Below are positions 60,394-64,000 of a stretch of 64,000 bases of DNA, one piece after another. Made by a program: the position numbers and the translations under genes. Source of the stretch: an uncultured Thiotrichaceae bacterium (GTDB lineage: Bacteria > Pseudomonadota > Gammaproteobacteria > SZUA-229). Position 1 is the first letter of the stretch. Every line of letters begins with the position of its first letter. The stretch lies in NCBI GenBank assembly GCA_964531165.1, contig CAZHEA010000001.1, positions 62,835-126,834 on the forward strand, read 5' to 3'. The notes under the pieces were generated by a model. That model searched no databases and was not told the DNA's origin. It saw only the letters and a list, made by a program, of their open reading frames with translations.

Positions 60394-60420
60394 TAACTTA
60401 TGATTAAGTGATATGAAAAA

Positions 60421-62328
60421 ATGATCAAAAAAACATTATTGTTATTTATGATAATAATCTTAATCATTCCAGTAATAATTAATTATACTAATATAAATTT
60501 TGCCAAAAATACTATTACACAAATGGTAAGTGAAGTAATGGGCAGAAGACTAAAGTTAAATGGTGATTTAAAAATACAGTTATATCCGAATACAGGTTTA
60601 TCAGCAGAGAATATTCAATTTGAAAATGCACAGTGGTCAGAACAGGATTATTTACTAGAAGCTAAATCAATAAATATTAAAATATCAGCAAAAGCATTGT
60701 TTACTGGAAAAATTGATATAATTAGAATTATTCTAGACGGCTTCATTATAAATTTAGAAAAAAATGATTTTGATAAAGCAAACTGGGAATTTAGAAATCT
60801 AGTAAAACAAAAATCGAAAAGTAATAAATCAAACGAGTTAGTAGTGCTGCCATTTTATAGGGGTTCAAAGCTATCTATTACTAATGCAAGTATTAATTAT
60901 AAAGATAAAAATATAGAAAAAAATATATATATTAAAGAATTGCATGTTGAGCAAAGTGAGAATACAGAAATAAGGTTACTGGCCAGGCATAAAGATGTCC
61001 CAGTAAAGATATACTTGAAGATTCCCGCAGTTAATAATTTGCTAAATTTATCATCCATACCAATAGTAGCTAATGGAAATATTGGTAATATTGATTTTAG
61101 TGTGGAGACGGACCTACCAGTAAGTAGGTATGATAACCTGGATATTTTATTCGATGTAAAATATCCAGATCTGACAACAATAAAAAAACTATTCCCAGTA
61201 GATAATTATGAAATTGGTAAAGTTTTATTAAATGCCAGAATAATAAAACAAAAACAAAATTATATAGTAAAAATAAGTACAGCAACTATAGATAAAACTT
61301 TGATTAGTGGATATTTTGAATATAGGATTCAACCTGAAAGGCCAAAAGTTATAGCCCGTCTGAAAATAAAGTTGCTTAATTTAACTAAACTAAAAAAGCT
61401 TATATCTAGTAACAGTAAAACTGAAATTAATAAAGCAGAATCAGAAGAGCTATTTCCATCAAAAACATTACCATTTAAAAACTTGTTTAAATATGATGCG
61501 GATATAGATATTGATATTGAAGGGATTGAAGATGATTTGTTAGAGCTTGTAAAATTTACTATGAACGCAAAGCTAGAGGATGGCTTATTAAATGTAAATA
61601 AACTAACTGTCGTCAATAATCGGGATGAAGAAATAACTGCAAAAATCCGTATTAATTCGCAGACTACACAGCCTGAAATGAATGTCATTTTTGTAACTGA
61701 AAATATTCAACTGGATGAGAATGACACATTGAAACAATATTTAAGTGGAGCAAATACAAATATAAAAATTAATCTTGATAGTAAAGGTGAATCAGTACAG
61801 AAAATTATGGATCATTTAAATGGTCAGATAATAGTAAAGATAGGCAAAGCGGAACTGGATGATGATTTATTAAAGTTTGTCAGCAGTAATATTTTGACCG
61901 ATCTGGTTAAGGCAATTAACCCGATTGCAGATAAAAGCCCTAAAACTAATTTAGAGTGTGCGGTCATACGATTTGATATAAAAGAAGGTGTTTTAACAGC
62001 TGATAGAGGTGTAGTCATGCAAACTGACAAAATACAAATTATTAGCAGTGGCATAGTTGACTTACATTCGCAAACACTTGAATTTGGAATCAGACCACAG
62101 GCAAGAGAAGGCGTTGAGTTAAACCTGAATAGTCTGGCATCAATGGTAAAACTATCAGGAAAAATAATAGACCCTTCGATAACCATGAGTGTGAAAGACA
62201 CCGCAATTGTGTATTCATATTTTGCTTCAGGCGGAGCAACTTTTTTAGTTAAATCGCTTTATGACACGGCAACACGAGATGCTTCTCCGTGTGAAACAGC
62301 TATCATGGGTCCGATGGGCGCTAATTAA
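60421..62328 (+). CDS. AsmA-family outer-membrane biogenesis protein
   Basis: N-terminal anchor plus a beta-rich AsmA-like N-terminus (LKLNGDLKIQLYPNTGLSAENIQFEN..., GKIDIIRIILDGFIINLEK) and an AsmA-like C-terminal region. Very AT-rich. Confidence 0.6.
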   Translation: MIKKTLLLFMIIILIIPVIINYTNINFAKNTITQMVSEVMGRRLKLNGDLKIQLYPNTGLSAENIQFENAQWSEQDYLLEAKSINIKISAKALFTGKIDIIRIILDGFIINLEKNDFDKANWEFRNLVKQKSKSNKSNELVVLPFYRGSKLSITNASINYKDKNIEKNIYIKELHVEQSENTEIRLLARHKDVPVKIYLKIPAVNNLLNLSSIPIVANGNIGNIDFSVETDLPVSRYDNLDILFDVKYPDLTTIKKLFPVDNYEIGKVLLNARIIKQKQNYIVKISTATIDKTLISGYFEYRIQPERPKVIARLKIKLLNLTKLKKLISSNSKTEINKAESEELFPSKTLPFKNLFKYDADIDIDIEGIEDDLLELVKFTMNAKLEDGLLNVNKLTVVNNRDEEITAKIRINSQTTQPEMNVIFVTENIQLDENDTLKQYLSGANTNIKINLDSKGESVQKIMDHLNGQIIVKIGKAELDDDLLKFVSSNILTDLVKAINPIADKSPKTNLECAVIRFDIKEGVLTADRGVVMQTDKIQIISSGIVDLHSQTLEFGIRPQAREGVELNLNSLASMVKLSGKIIDPSITMSVKDTAIVYSYFASGGATFLVKSLYDTATRDASPCETAIMGPMGAN

Positions 62329-63431
62329 TCTATATGATATTCAGATGCTAAATAATTTAGCACTTCATTTTGTGTTCCGCTAAAAACAATTCTGTTATTT
62401 TTTTTGCTGATCTGGTAATCATACATAGGGTCATAATAATCAACCAGCAAACTACGAATCCAGTCGCGATGTAATCGCGTATCATTATTTTGTTGTTGTT
62501 GTTGAATAGCATGAGCTAATGTGTTTTTTATTTCAGTGTAGCGTACGCCGCCTAAGCGACGCTGAATTTTATCAATGGCGGTATGTAACTGATTGGCCCA
62601 GCTGATGAAGCCGTCTTGTTTGCCATTATATGCCTGATGTTCTATCAGAGCTTCAGTAATGTATTCGTCAAAGGTGATATTGATGCGTTCATCAACGCAA
62701 GCCTCCAGTAAAATTAGAGGAGAAGATTTTAACTTATTAAATAAAACTTCAGGTATTCGTCGTGAGCCAATATTAGGTGCTTCATCTTCAAAAACAATAT
62801 TAAGGTGATTTTGATGGGTTAATTTTAATAGCTCAATTGATAGAATATTTTCAATATTAATTTGTGATGGTTGCGGCGTAACATGGTTACCGAAAACAGA
62901 ACCACGATGGTGGAGTATGCCTTCGAGATCAATTTTCTTTTGTAGCTTATGTAGTACAAGCGTTTTTCCAATACCGGTTCGACCACCTAGCATAACTGGA
63001 TTTATCTGTTGAGTAGAATCTTCCAGCTGATCAATTAAAAATCGTCGCATGGCTTTATAGCCACCTTTAACCCGGGGAAAAATCAAACCAGTTTTTTCAT
63101 AAATCCATTGTTGAGAAATTTTAGAACGCATGCCACCGCGAAAGCAATAGAGTACGCCGTCAGGGTTGGTCTCAAAAAATGATTGCCAGTGACTGACTCT
63201 TGTATTTTTGATCGCGCCTTTAACCAGTTCGTGTCCAAGTGCAATGGCTGCATCCTGTCCGGCTGTTTTATATTGCAGGCCGATGGTTTCTCTTTCCTGG
63301 TCATTAATAAGAGGGAAATTTTCGGCATAAGGAAAGGCACCCTGATTAAATTCAACCGGAGCACGTACATCAAGTAGTGGAGTTTGACTTAAAAATATTG
63401 AACGTAAGTCATCAATGAGTGGAAGGTCCAT
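62325..63431 (-). CDS. selU: tRNA 2-selenouridine synthase
   Basis: Rhodanese domain with CFRGGMRS and a P-loop GGRTGIGKT. 368 aa, collinear with E. coli YbbB/MnmH. Confidence 0.88.
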   Translation of the reverse strand: MDLPLIDDLRSIFLSQTPLLDVRAPVEFNQGAFPYAENFPLINDQERETIGLQYKTAGQDAAIALGHELVKGAIKNTRVSHWQSFFETNPDGVLYCFRGGMRSKISQQWIYEKTGLIFPRVKGGYKAMRRFLIDQLEDSTQQINPVMLGGRTGIGKTLVLHKLQKKIDLEGILHHRGSVFGNHVTPQPSQINIENILSIELLKLTHQNHLNIVFEDEAPNIGSRRIPEVLFNKLKSSPLILLEACVDERINITFDEYITEALIEHQAYNGKQDGFISWANQLHTAIDKIQRRLGGVRYTEIKNTLAHAIQQQQQNNDTRLHRDWIRSLLVDYYDPMYDYQISKKNNRIVFSGTQNEVLNYLASEYHID

Positions 63432-63727
63432 AAAAAATAGCTTGTAGTTAACCGATGGTAATGTTGTTTATAGTATACGCCTATGAAGATAAAAAGTGAT
63501 TGATAATAGGTTATTTAAGGTGTATTAGAATATCTTCTGTAGTAAAAATTCAGACGAAACCGCAGTATTAAACAGCTTGGTTTTAATCTGTTGAAGAAAT
63601 GGCTAATATAATTTCATAGTACTATTATTATGATTAACCGATAGTACAATATCAGGATAGGCATGTTCAGAGCGAATTTAATTTATTAATGCGGGATATG
63701 TGAAGTTCTCATTTACAATGGATAAGC

Positions 63728-64000
63728 ATGAAAATTTTGTACTTTATAGCCGGCTGGTTGTTTTTTATACTGGGTGTAATCGGCGTATTACTACCGGTGG
63801 TGCCAACTACTCCATTTATGTTACTGGCATTATGGGCTTTTTCGCGTAGTTCAGAGCGCTTTCATAATTGGTTATACCATCACAGATTATTTGGCCCGCC
63901 ATTGCAAATGTGGGCGCAGCATCGTGTAATACCACTGCCGGCCAAAATAATGTCAATTGGCTTTATGAGTATCAGCCTAATATTTATGTTAGTTTATTCA
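63728..64000 (+). CDS. YbaN/DUF454-family inner-membrane protein, 5' part (runs off the right edge)
   Basis: Hand translation gives MKILYFIAGWLFFILGVIGVLLPVVPTTPFMLLALWAFSRSSERFHNWLYHHRLFGPPLQMW... Confidence 0.75.
   Translation, partial: MKILYFIAGWLFFILGVIGVLLPVVPTTPFMLLALWAFSRSSERFHNWLYHHRLFGPPLQMWAQHRVIPLPAKIMSIGFMSISLIFMLVYS

Overview
This is about 64 kb of a low-GC, apparently gammaproteobacterial chromosome. The taxon is inferred from gene content and synteny only. The window spans the classical origin neighbourhood, with gyrB-recF-dnaN-dnaA on the minus strand facing rpmH-rnpA-yidD-yidC-mnmE on the plus strand.

Most of the window is core housekeeping: pqiAB, trmL, modABC, uvrD, polA, engB, cytochrome c4, dsbA, prlC, selU and two TRAP transporters. 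I saw no rRNA, tRNA, CRISPR array, transposase or integrase.

The parts that are not routine are:
- A tightly packed nine-gene MSHA/T2SS-like type IV filament operon (3446-14476). Its gene order is non-canonical and its back half is very divergent. It has no obvious major pilin, prepilin peptidase or MshM. Its ATPase carries a textbook c-di-GMP-binding MshEN motif.
- A roughly 215-bp DnaA-box module present as a direct repeat on both sides of dnaA, giving a bipartite-origin-like architecture that is unusual for this lineage.
- A structured, terminator-bounded sRNA candidate in the polA-engB spacer, the positional slot of Spot 42/ErsA.
- Two c-di-GMP turnover proteins. One of them sits directly behind tandem intrinsic terminators.

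All functional calls come from reading motifs in the supplied translations or my own hand translation. No database search was run, so family assignments for the divergent ORFs are tentative.
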